In this document: piece by piece, positions 11,046 to 23,900 of the stretch
How positions within the stretch are numbered: position 1 is the stretch's first letter
Layout: every line of letters begins with the position of its first letter
Assembly (NCBI GenBank): GCA_964016885.1
Contig: OZ024752.1
Location: 16,244,001 to 16,308,000 of the forward strand
Direction: 5' to 3'
DNA from: Eledone cirrhosa
Taxonomy: Eukaryota
DNA: 64,000 bases
Notes under the pieces: generated by a model
What the model was told of the DNA's origin: nothing
Database searches by the model: none
What the model saw: only the letters and a program-made list of their open reading frames with translations
Program-made: the position numbers and the translations under genes

Positions 11046-11654
11046 GGATGCAAGAATTGCAAAGTAAACTGATTAACAAGTCATCCATTTTAAGATATTC
11101 TGCATTATATCATACAACTTGCAGAGTCATTCTCTCTTATATATACACATATATAGGTCCGAACACAAATGAACAAAACTCACACTGTCACTGCCTCCGT
11201 CTTTCCTGCTCTCCCTATCTCTCACTATTGTGAGCAAATGGGGGCTGCGGTCCCGGCGGAGAGAATAAAGAAAGCGTTTCCTCAGAGGATGGCGTGTCAA
11301 CTTATTAGTGTTAGTTATATATCTTGTGTTATTCATCTCAAAGCGATGAAAATCAAAGTTGACACTCTCGACTTCCCCACATATATTATTTGCATTAGGA
11401 CGCACCTAGATAATTGAAGGTATTCCTGACTTGGCACCTCTCTCCGTCGGACGGGGAGATCTCCCAGCCACTTTGGAGTAGGTGAGGGATGTCTTCTCTT
11501 GTGAAAATGACCATATAGCTTTCATTATGTAAAATCTCCCCATTTTGCCTCATTTCTCCCCGTTTTGGGGCACTTATTTTTCATGGTACTCTCCGGGTTT
11601 TTAGAGGTTGGCAGTTCTGGTATTCACTACCTTGATGTAATCTCCTGTCTAAGG

Positions 11655-12075
11655 CAGATTACATCAAGGTAGTAGATACCTTCAAATACCTCGAGGCTCG
11701 GACAGAAGGCACTGAAAATGAATTTCAGGTGAGAAAGACGCTTACTCGGACGGTGTGGCAGAGATTAAGAGGATATGGACACTAAGGGTCAGCAAAAGGT
11801 TAAAAGAAAGGCTTTTTTTGTTTGTTTTTGAAACCATGGCCTCTGTATTCTTGTATAGATCAGAAACATGGGGCATAAAAAAGCAAATAGAAAAAAGACT
11901 TCGTGGCAGCTACTAAAAAATGTTACGAATGACAGTTATTGTTTCATGGAAATGAAACTCATCAGGTGTTTCCACCAGTAACCGAAAAGATAAGTCTCGG
12001 GACAGTTATACTTGCAGGTCACTGTCTTTGATACCATGAGGAGATAGTAAGGGATCTATTGGAACCATTGGATGG
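11655..12075 (+). mobile_element. Degraded RTE-like LINE RT C-terminal fragment
   Basis: IKVVDTFKYL, VFLYRSETW, RLRGSY*KMLR, LAGHCL, with stops and frameshifts. Confidence 0.7.
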
Positions 12076-12142
12076 ATGTTGGAACCATCAAATGTTTACC
12101 CCTGGAAATCGTTAAATCACACATTAGTTTTCATTTCTCACA

Positions 12143-13154
12143 TATATATATATATATATAAAGATATGTAAAGTTGTATTCTTGTCTGTTTGTTTGTTCA
12201 CGAACTACTCCTATGGTTTTGGAGACAGACCCCATAACCATATATATTCTGAAAATACATTGCCAGGGTACTTGGATAAGTATATTTCATTTTAATCAAA
12301 GGTTTCCCTGGGGGCACAAACCCCCGCTGAAAATGTTTTCCCTTCGATTTATATAAAATTCAAACCATAGGTAAATGACAAGATATGCCTATTCACAAAA
12401 TTTCAGCAAATTTCAATAATATTAAGGCCACCCTATTAGGGTTCCCGGAGGCACAAACCCCGTTGACATTTTTTTCCCTTCAATTTATATGAAATTTAAA
12501 CCATAGGTAAATGACAAGATATGATACCTATTCACAAAAGTTTTGAAGCGATATTTTGAAAAAAATTATTTAAAAGAAACAAAATAAGAATAGGATTTAA
12601 TAATGTAATTTTGATTTGATATATTACCAAAAAATAATTGTTTCTACTTTTGGCACAAGGCCAGCAATTAACCAGTACATTACTGGTACTTTATTTTATC
12701 GATCCCGTAAGGATGAAAGGCAAAGTTAACCTAGGCGGGATTTGAAAATAATTGTTTCTACTTTTGGCACAAGGCCAGCAATTAACCAGTACATTACTGG
12801 TACTTTATTTTATCGATCCCGTAAGGATGAAAGGCAAAGTTAACCTCGGCGGGATTTGAAAATAATTGTTTCTACTTTTGGCACAAGGCCAGCAATTAAT
12901 CAGTACATTACTGGTACTTTATTTTATCGACTCCGTAAGGATGAAAGGCAAAGTTAACCTCAGCGGGATTTGAACTCAGACCATAAACTCAGACCAAAAA
13001 TAATGTTTTCCAATTTTTCATGCATTACATTTTACATTGAGTAATATTGAAATGCAGAGTTTTTCTCCATAAATTATATCAGATTTAAATTCAATCATCA
13101 TGTTCTTACATAAAAAATGTGTGAAACGCACCAAGGTGTGGGTAATTCGGCTAG
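12143..13154 (+). mobile_element. Non-autonomous Helitron-like element
   Basis: Starts TATATATATAAAG...GTCTGTTTGTTTGT and ends GCACCAAGGTGTGGGTAATTCGGCTAG|T (short hairpin plus CTAG before T). Contains an internal ~140-bp imperfect duplication (12300-12540). Confidence 0.6.
12631..12981 (-). mobile_element. Tandem triplication (114-bp period) of a SINE family A 3' portion
   Basis: AAAATAATTGTTTCTAC starts at 12631, 12745 and 12859. Near-identical units end in GGCGGGATTTGA (reverse B box). Confidence 0.85.
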
Positions 13155-13221
13155 TACATATATATACACACACATATACAGTATATAACGATTTATGTAA
13201 CAACACCATCTTTATTAATGT

Positions 13222-13253
<32 letters not shown>

Positions 13254-13255
<2 letters not shown>

Positions 13256-13980
13256 ATAATATTAATAAAATATCTTCATAAAACCATATTTATTTTATTA
13301 TACGTATTTCAAGGGTACTAATATTTAAGTCCGCTTTCGTCAGATAAAATATAATAATTGGTTTTAAAATAGTGACATATCTTCATGTGAACTTAACGGT
13401 ATAAGTTCAGTGAGGATAGTGAATAGACATGTAGAAAGGTTCAACACTCAAGGGAAATATACTAATGAGAATAACTACTAATAAAAAAAAAGCCGTTTAT
13501 TATAGACGCTAGATAAATTTTAGATACTTATTTAATTTTCTTTTTAAGGGTTTGCTATTATAAGTTGAAAAATTAATTTAGAGTTATTTTAGAGTTAGTT
13601 ATAGAAATATACATATATACACCCAAAGATATATACATGGGTTTAGAAAGAATGACATAATTATACTTATTTATTTATTTAATTTTTTTTAAATATATAT
13701 TTTAAGAATATGGAAGTATTTATAATATTTAGATGAGAATTGTAATGTATTTTAATAAATTGTAAACTATTAATTGATTAAAGTAATTACAACAATATAA
13801 TATGTTAATAAAATATACATTGTATTTACATATAAGAGTGGATATAGTTTTCCCAGATATTTTAATATTATGAGTGTAGTTATAAATATAATGTGTTGTA
13901 GTATAAGACATTATTATATATCGTTATTTAAAATATAGATAATTATTTGGTACATAAATGATTATGCGTGAATATAGATC
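13254..13980 (-). mobile_element. PLE 3' UTR/pLTR remnant, related to 1241-2780, between two (TA)n tracts
   Basis: Hammerhead and downstream AATAAAATAAATATGGTTTTAT are homologous to 2677-2752. AT-rich body. Confidence 0.6.
13291..13351 (-). ncRNA. Minimal type I hammerhead ribozyme with palindromic stem III
   Basis: Minus strand: TATTTTAT-CTGACGA-AAGCGGACTTAAATATTAGTACCCTT-GAAA-TACGTA-TA-ATAAAATA. Confidence 0.8.
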
Positions 13981-13984
13981 TTAT

Positions 13985-14017
<33 letters not shown>

Positions 14018-14042
14018 AATAATAATATTATTACTATTATTT

Positions 14043-14109
<67 letters not shown>

Positions 14110-14309
14110 CGAAGGAAATGTGGTAAGGAACCAGGTGGACCATAACGCACCAAAGTACTCAATACTTGGGGTAGTAGAGTGGGTAAAAGGAACCGGTAAG
14201 ACCCCGACGGCTGAGCTCAAGCCGTTTCGACGGCTAATTCTGGACTGAATTAGTGTCCAGAATTAGCCGTCGAAACGGCTTGAGCTCAGCCGTCGGGGTC
14301 TTACCGGTT

Positions 14310-14312
<3 letters not shown>
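14110..14312. mobile_element. Probable PLE tail with perfect 58-bp fold-back
   Basis: Arms 14188-14245 and 14255-14312 with a 9-nt loop. 14113-14186 is homologous to 10261-10333. (TA)n lies on both sides. Confidence 0.6.
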
Positions 14313-14373
<61 letters not shown>

Positions 14374-14447
14374 TGTATATATACACATTGATATCAATGA
14401 TACTCCAGATAAAACTGTTGAGTGCTTCTAATCTGTTGTTATATCAA

Positions 14448-14490
<43 letters not shown>

Positions 14491-14512
14491 TAGAATTAGT
14501 ACTCTGAAATAT

Positions 14513-15452
14513 ATATATATGAATGTATATATAGTGTATTTTGAAATACACAGTATGCTTAATTAAAAGCATTTTGAAGACCATACGCTATAGTTTTAGA
14601 GTAGCGATATTGTCGCTTACTTAAATTTTCGGCAGGCAGGGGGAGATAAGTTGACTGCGCTGTTTCGTACTTTTTGTTACTTATCAAAACTCACCACTCT
14701 CCCCGTCTGCCGAAAATGATGTGTGTTGGATTCTTATAGAATTCCAGTAACAATCAGGAACTGATTTTACAGAACGGTCGCCGGCCCAGCAGAAATTGAA
14801 ATTTAAAATTGGTGCTCTGAAATAGCGATATATATATGAATGTATATATAGTGTATTTTGCAATACACTGTATGCTTAATTAAAAGCATTTTGAAGACCA
14901 TACGCTATAGCTTTCAAGTAATGACATTGTCGCTCACTTAAATTTTCGGCAGGCAGGGGGAGATAAGTTGATAGCGCTATTTCGCACTTGTTGGTACTTA
15001 TCAAAACACACTATTCTCACTGTCTGCTGAAAATTTAAGTAAGCGACAATATCGCTACTTTAAAACAATAGCGTATGGTCTTCCAAATGCTTTTAAATAA
15101 GCATACAGTGTATTGCAAAATACACTATATATACATTCATATATATATCGCTATTTCAGAGCACCAATTCTAATTTTCAATTTCTGCTGGGCCGGCCACC
15201 GCTCTGTAAAATCAGTTCCTGATTGTTACTGGAATTCTATAAAAATCCAACACACATAATTTTCGGCAGACGGGGAGAGTGGTGAGTTTTGATAAGTACC
15301 AAAAAGTACGAAATAGCGTTGTCAACTTTTCTCCCCTTATCTGCCGAAAATTTAAGTAAGCGACAATGACGCTACTTTAAAACTATAGGGTATGGTCTTC
15401 AAAATGCTTTTAATTAAGCATACAGTGTATTGCAAAATACACTATATATACA

Positions 15453-15465
<13 letters not shown>
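14513..15465. repeat. ~950-bp nested palindrome (fold-back structure)
   Basis: 14513-~14950 is the reverse complement of ~15025-15465. A ~315-bp direct duplication sits inside each arm. Confidence 0.9.
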
Positions 15466-15495
<30 letters not shown>

Positions 15496-15506
15496 ATGTC
15501 TGTGTG

Positions 15507-15575
<69 letters not shown>

Positions 15576-15578
15576 GAG

Positions 15579-16119
15579 TAAGAAAAAGCGAAGTAGTTTC
15601 AGATGATAAAGTCCTTTAATGATGATACTGGACGGACGGACATAGAATTATAAACTAACTTTCGGCATCAAAAACATGATAAACCCCTATTTTCCTGCAG
15701 CAAATTGCATTTGAACAGAAGCCCCCTCGATTCACCTGATAACAAATCGATATATGGATAAATTGACAATCATATTAATCATGTATCTCCTATCACATTT
15801 TACATATATGTACTGTATGTATTTTTTGTATTTTGGGGCGTATTTTTTTAGTTTTTTTGTGTATTTTATATCTGTATTTTGGGAGTTTTGTTCCATGTGA
15901 TAGAAATACTAACTATGTATCCACCTAACTACTACCTTTCATACTGTAATTTACCCTCCGTTCTACTGTACGGTACTATCGTTCAATATGTAGATAATAT
16001 ATCTGTAACATAGATCCCCCTTTCAAAACTTCTTACTTAAACATCTCCCTACTTTAGTTAGTATATGTGCATATATTTTTTTACTCACTTCAATCTGGAT
16101 TCTCACTTGTAATTTTTTA

Positions 16120-16154
<35 letters not shown>

Positions 16155-16766
16155 TATTATTTTTTTTTTTTTTTTTATTATTTTTTATTTTTTTTTTTAG
16201 TTTTAACTTCCAACTCTCATTCATAATTTCCACTGTGAAACCATAATACCTAGAATTAAGTATATTTTCTCTTAGAGGTTGATGGTCAATTCTACTGTCC
16301 ATGCTTAATTTAGGGGTAGTAGTGGGACCTATTGATACTCATACTCTCCCAAACCCACTCGCTTTTGGCTGACTGCCACTGGCGGGGTGGCTAGCAGTAA
16401 GCTATACATTACAGGCCTGAATAGAGTCATTGTTTGGTTGGGAGGGGGAACTGCCTAGGCGAATTTCGTAGAACTCTGCGGTAGTTGATGGTCAACTTCC
16501 TTCGGACTTGCGCCTAAGCAGACCGGTGGGGGTAAATTGGTACTGACAAGGAAACGGGCGAAGAACCCAAGAGCACACGCTTTGTCCGTTCCCATGTCGA
16601 TTCAATTTGGATTGCCTCGGAAACATAACCTTATTATGTAACAAGCTGTCTGATGATGTCGCGGCACTAGCGCACGGAACCGTGTGGCCACTGTCGCCAT
16701 TGAAATAAGTATCACAGCATTATCATTAAAGGACTTTAACATCTGAAACTACTTCGCTTTTTCTTA
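15579..16766 (+). mobile_element. 1.2-kb element with 52-bp terminal inverted repeats; probable PLE remnant with inverted tail
   Basis: 15579-15630 and 16715-16766 are inverted copies with 3 mismatches. Decayed hammerhead-like motif at 16646-16692. Confidence 0.6.
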
Positions 16767-16867
16767 TTCGATATATACTCCGTCACTCCTATCTGAAATA
16801 AGTACGTTGTGTGCTTGAATTGAATTGCATCAATATTTACCTTAAGTATATATATATATATATATAT

Positions 16868-17514
16868 ATAAAGAATTAGTATATCTAGTAACATATATAT
16901 ACACACAGATGCATACTTATGCTAGCAAATATATAGGTTTTGTCTTAGTAACTTTGTCGTTCAATGCATGGGGTTGCAGAACAATAATATGAGAGACGTA
17001 AAATAAGAAAATTATAAAATTAACTTACTTACTAAAATTTCACTCCCAACTAATTAGTTTCTGAAAGGGAATAAACATACTTTCCGAAGAAGTGTACAGA
17101 GAAGCCTTTCGTCATCAGGGAAGTCTATTCTCAGCTAAGTTTCCAGGCAATACGTGGACACTGGGAACTTATATAAAAATAATTCAGTGGATAGAAAAAA
17201 GCAAAGCGTGGACTAAATTCCTAGCCATTGAAAAAATCACTGCCTACTGCGTCGGTGGCAAATTGAAAAGAATCAATCACGTGACATCGAGGTCAATCAG
17301 TGGAAAGTGGTTTGTTAAGAAGACAGCAGCCTGACTGTTACCATAGCAGCAGTCTTGGCCAATTTTGCTCGACAAATAATTTGGAGATAATTATAAAGAA
17401 TTAGTATATCTAGTAACATATATATACACACAGATGCATACTTATGCTAGCAAATATATAGATTTTGTTTTAGTAACATTGTGGTTCAATGCATGGGGTT
17501 GCAGAACAATAATA
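16868..17514. repeat. Two ~122-bp direct repeats around a ~400-bp spacer
   Basis: ATAAAGAATTAGTATATCTAG...GCAGAACAATAATAT at 16868-16990 and 17392-17514. Confidence 0.85.
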
Positions 17515-17524
17515 TATATATGTG

Positions 17525-17563
<39 letters not shown>

Positions 17564-17649
17564 TACGTAATTCCAAAGGAAAAGCAAAGGAAAAAAGAGT
17601 GCTCTATGTATAGAACAGAGTTATTTAATATATATATATATATATATAT

Positions 17650-18115
<466 letters not shown>

Positions 18116-18279
18116 CATGGGTAGAAGGAAAAGAAATTACATTGCTAGCCTGCTGGAAGACAGCGGAGTGTGTAATGTAGTGGTGCCCAACACACTGATG
18201 ATAAATACAGAGCTTTGAAGAGCGGTGATAAGCGGCCTGGCAGATGGCAGTGATATTTTCAAAATAGCTCCTTGTATAT

Positions 18280-18848
18280 AATGGTTTCTGATTTAGGCAC
18301 AAGGCCAACAATTTGAGGGGAGAGGAAAGTCGATTAAATCGACTCAAGTGCGTTATTGGTACTTTATTGTATCGATCCCGTATGGATGAAAGGCAATACT
18401 AACCCGGGCGGGATTCGAACGTAAAGGGCCATAAGTATGCTGCAAAGCAGGGTGTCCTATGCTCTACCGATACTGCCAATCCAGCGCCAGTGCATTACTT
18501 CTGCTTTATTTTATCGATCCTGTAATGATGAAAAGCAAAGCTAACCTCGGTTGAATTTGAAGTCAGAACGTAAAGGGCCGTAAGTCTGTGCTTCAAAGCA
18601 GGGTGTCCGGTGCTCTACCTATACTGCTAACTCACGCCCTAATTTATTCCCAAAATAATTGTTTCTACTTTAGGCACAAGGCCAGCAATTACCCAGTGCA
18701 TTACTGGTACTTTATTTTATCGACCCCGTAAGGATGAAAGGGAAAGTCAACCTTGGCGGGATTTGAACTCAGATCGTAAAGGGACGTAACTATGCTGGAA
18801 AGCATGGCGTCCGACTCTCTACCAATACTACCAATCCACCGCCCTAAA
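18280..18848 (-). mobile_element. Cluster of three head-to-tail SINE family A copies
   Basis: Repeated TTTATCGAYCCCGTAAGGATGAAAGGCAAAG..GGCGGGATTTGAAC..CTCTACC..CGCC at ~18280-18490, 18490-18640 and 18654-18848. Confidence 0.8.
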
Positions 18849-19967
18849 TTTATTCCCAAAATAATATCCCATAATTGGTAACGAACAATTTGTTTTATAT
18901 AAGTATTAATTGGTTAAATTGAGCTGGGTATAATTTGCTGTGTGTTTGTCGTTAATTACTCTGAAGAGTTTGCTACTTCCGTTGTCTACTCGTATATGAT
19001 ATTCGAATTGATTAATTTCAAATTTTATTCCAGACCTTCCAAAATTATCTTATCCCTGAAGCTTTTGCCAAGATTTTAAATTACTCATAATTGTGTAATC
19101 TTCTTCTTGTGGTGTTGCATTAAATAGAATATACAATATTAAATTATGTTCTAGTTTTCTTAGCAATTATTTCTAATATAAACGGTGTCCCTAATTCAAT
19201 AATATGCTATTTTCTATAAAATCAACTCTTTTCGTGCAGACGTCTTCAGTTCTTTATCCTCCTTCTTCTTTGTCTTTCTTTTCAATCTTCATTTCTTTCT
19301 TCTTCTCCATTTCTCTTTCTTTCCGTTTTCCGTCGTCTTCTTTTTCTTCTTCACCTCCTTCTTTTTCCTCTACTACACTTCTCTTTCTTTGCGTCTTCTT
19401 CTTCTTCTTATCTTTCATTCTCTCTGTCTTCTTTTGTTCTCTTCTTTAATTTCTTCATTTTTTTCTTCTTTATCTTCTGCAACTTGTACAAATTCCAATC
19501 TGTTTCTTACTTAGATATTATCAGTGTTGTTGTTGCTGTTGATTTTATTTCTGTTGATGATGACGATGATGTTGTCTTCATCGTTGTTGTTGTTGTTATT
19601 GTAGTTACTCATTAAGATGGCGCCCTGGGAAAATTTGTCTACGAAAATAACAATGCTACTTTTGTCAACTAAGCACTGTTCTTAAATTATAGATAGATAA
19701 TGTTATATATTAATAAACTCAGTTAATTATCTGCTTACAGTTCCTATGTCTGACCATTCCTATAAAAATGTCACATTATATATTTTAATTCCCCCACAGA
19801 TACTTAAAGTCTCGTGATAATTATATATGTTTTCAGTTTTACGTACAGAATACTCTGCTAGCAGTAAAACGCATTCCTTAATGTATAAAGTTTTTCAATT
19901 AAATTTAGCTATAACAAATGTTAACGACACTACTCGACCTAGCGTAAGAAACGCTGTAAATGACTCT

Positions 19968-20063
19968 TACACACACACACATGCACGCACACACACACAT
20001 GCACCCACACACAAACACACACACACATGTACACACACACACATGCACACACACACACACATG

Positions 20064-20099
<36 letters not shown>

Positions 20100-20116
20100 T
20101 ACACACACACACACAT

Positions 20117-20149
<33 letters not shown>

Positions 20150-20172
20150 CGCACACACACACACACACATGT

Positions 20173-20203
<31 letters not shown>

Positions 20204-20222
20204 CACATCAGTACACACATGC
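19968..20222. repeat. Imperfect (CA)n microsatellite
   Basis: Directly visible. Confidence 0.95.
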
Positions 20223-20344
20223 ATAATCATAAATATATGCGTTTATGTATACATGTGTATATAGAGAGAGTGGTAGAGGTAAAGAACCAGCTTGGGCCAC
20301 GAATGACCATGGGCTATGCACCTAGGAAGTTCCTCTCCGAGCAT

Positions 20345-20516
20345 GCGTTACTGGTACTTTAAAGGGACGTCACTATATGCTGCAAAGCATGTTGTCCGAC
20401 CCTCTACCGATATTGCCAATTCACCGCCCTAATAAATAATTGTTTCTACGTTAGGCACAAGGCCAGCAATTCACCAGTGTATTACTGGTACTTTATTTTA
20501 TGGGCCCCGTAAGGAT
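20345..20516 (-). mobile_element. Rearranged SINE family A fragments
   Basis: Matches 18778-18848, followed by 18654-18735. Confidence 0.7.
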
Positions 20517-20907
20517 ATAATAATCATAATGATATTGTGGAGCACTGGAATACCAATAGTAATTGCTTAAATGCTACACGTTGCCCTTTGGAAAATTATT
20601 ACCCATAATTCCACCTCCACAAGTATAAGTTTAACCCCTAATATGTTTAACTATTGATGCCATATGTATATACACCCGTTCTATAATGAACTAAAGGTAA
20701 CATACTATGGTTGGCGAGCTATATTTGGACGTTGCGGGAGTCTAGTATTCTTTATAAGTGAAAATGGAGCATTTTATGGAAGGATAACCCATATGGAAGC
20801 AACGGGCGATTTTATGAAATGTATAATGTGCAAACTTTGTATAATTTCTTTATTAAGCATAAAATCCCCAACAACGTGACACGGTGTATGACAAGACTAG
20901 TTCTTTG

Positions 20908-23900
20908 AATTTACAGGTAGAGTCCGTCCGACACAATTAACAGGTACAGTCCACCCGACACAATTAACAGGTACAGTCCACCCGACACAATTTACAGGTA
21001 CAGTCCACACGACACAATTAACAGGTACAGTCCACACGACACAATTAACAGGTACAGTCCACACGACACAATTAACAGGTACAGTCCGTCCGACACAATT
21101 TACAGGTACAGTCCACCCGACACAATTAACAGGTACAGTCCACCCGACACAATTAACAGGTACAGTCCACCCGACACAATTAACAGGTACAGTCCGTCCG
21201 ACACAATTAACAGGTACAGTCCACCCGACACAATTTACAGGTACAGTCCACCCGACACAATTTACAGGTACAGTCCACCCGACACAATTAACAGGTACAG
21301 TCCACCCGACACAATTTACAGGTACAGTCCACCCGACACAATTAACAGGTACAGTCCACCCGACACAATTTACAGGTACAGTCCGTCCGACACAATTAAC
21401 AGGTACAGTCCGTCCGACACAATTAACAGGTACAGTCCACCCGACACAATTAACAGGTACAGTCCACCCGACACAATTAACAGGTACAGTCCACCCGACA
21501 CAATTAACAGGTACAGTCCGTCCGACACAATTTACAGGTACAGTCCACACGACACAATTAACAGGTACAGTCCACCCGACACAATTAACAGGTACAGTCC
21601 GTCCGACACAATTAACAGGTACAGTCCACCCGACACAATTAACAGGTACAGTCCGTCCGACACAATTTACAGGTACAGTCCGTCCGACACAATTTACAGG
21701 TACAGTCCACCCGACACAATTAACAGGTACAGTCCACCCGACACAATTAACAGGTACAGTCCACCCGACACAATTTACAGGTACAGTCCACCCGACACAA
21801 TTTACAGGTACAGTCCGTCCGACACAATTAACAGGTACAGTCCACCCGACACAATTTACAGGTACAGTCCACCCGACACAATTTACAGGTACAGTCCACC
21901 CGACACAATTAACAGGTACAGTCCACCCGACACAATTAACAGGTACAGTCCACCCGACACAATTAACAGGTACAGTCCGTCCGACACAATTTACAGGTAC
22001 AGTCCACCCGACACAATTTACAGGTACAGTCCGTCCGACACAATTTACAGGTACAGTCCACCCGACACAATTAACAGGTACAGTCCAACCGACACAATTA
22101 ACAGGTACAGTCCACCCGACACAATTAACAGATACAGTCCACCCGACACAATTAACAGGTACAGTCCACCCGACACAATTAACAGGTACAGTCCACCCGA
22201 CACAATTAACAGGTACAGTCCGTCCGACACAATTTACAGGTACAGTCCACCCGACACAATTTACAGGTACAGTCCGTCCGACACAATTTACAGGTACAGT
22301 CCACCCGACACAATTAACAGGTACAGTCCAACCGACACAATTAACAGGTACAGTCCACCCGACACAATTAACAGATACAGTCCACCCGACACAATTAACA
22401 GGTACAGTCCACCCGACACAATTAACAGGTACAGTCCGTCCGACACAATTTACAGGTACAGTCCACCCGACACAATTTACAGGTACAGTCCACCCGACAC
22501 AATTAACAGGTACAGTCCACCCGACACAATTAACAGGTACAGTCCACCCGACACAATTTACAGGTACAGTCCGTCCGACACAATTTACAGGTACAGTCCG
22601 TCCGACACAATTTACAGGTACAGTCCACCCGACACAATTAACAGGTACAGTCCGTCCGACACAATTAACAGGTACAGTCCGTCCGACACAATTAACAGGT
22701 ACAGTCCACCCGACACCATTTACAGGTACAGTCCACCCGACACAATTTACAGGTACAGTCCGTCCGACACAATTAACAGGTACAGTCCACCCGACACAAT
22801 TTACAGGTACAGTCCACCCGACACAATTAACAGGTACAGTCCGTCCGCCACAATTTACAGGAACAGTCCACCCGACACAATTTACAGGTACAGTCCACCC
22901 GACACAATTTACAGGTACAGTCCGTCCGCCACAATTTACGGGTACAGTCCACCCGACACAATTAACAGGTACAGTCCACCCGACACAATTAACAGGTACA
23001 GTCCGTCCGACACAATTTACAGGTACAGTCCACCCGACACAATTTATAGGTACAGTCCACCCAACACAATTAACAGGTACAGTCCACCCGACACAATAAA
23101 CAGGTACAGTCCACCCGACACAATTAACAGGTACAGTCCACCCGACACAATTAACAGGTACAGTCCACCCGACACAATTAACAGGTACAGTCCACCCGAC
23201 ACAATTTACAGGTACAGTCCACCCGACACAATTTACAGGTACAGTCCACCCGACACAATTAACAGGTACAGTCCACCCGACACAATTAACAGGTACAGTC
23301 CACCCGACACAATTTACAGGTACAGTCCACCCGACACAATTAACAGGTACAGTCCACCCGACACAATTAACAGGTACAGTCCACCCGACACAATTTACAG
23401 GTACAGTCCACCCGACACAATTAACAGGTACAGTCCACCCGACACAATTTACAGGTACAGTCCACCCGACACAATTAACAGGTACAGTCCGTCCGACACA
23501 ATTTACAGGTACAGTCCACCCGACACAATTTACAGGTACAGTCCGTCCGACACAATTTACAGGTACAGTCCGTCCGACACAATTAACAGGTACAGTCCGT
23601 CCGACACAATTAACAGGTACAGTCCACCCGACACAATTTACAGGTACAGTCCGTCCGACACAATTAACAGGTACAGTCCACCCGACACAATTAACAGGTA
23701 CAGTCCACCCGACACAATTAACAGGTACAGTCCGTCCGACACAATTAACAGGTACAGTCCACCCGACACAATTAACAGGTACAGTCCACCCGACACAATT
23801 TACAGGTACAGTCCACCCGACACAATTTACAGGTACAGTCCGTCCGACACAATTAACAGGTACAGTCCGTCCGACACAATTAACAGGTACAGTCCACCCG

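Noticed and set aside
11428-11615. Possible MITE with CTTGGCACCTCT / AGAGGTTGGCAG ends
   Set aside because: Terminal match is imperfect and no target-site duplication could be identified.
17100-17125. Minus-strand CTGATGACGAAA hammerhead-like core
   Set aside because: No room for stem II and no stem I pairing.
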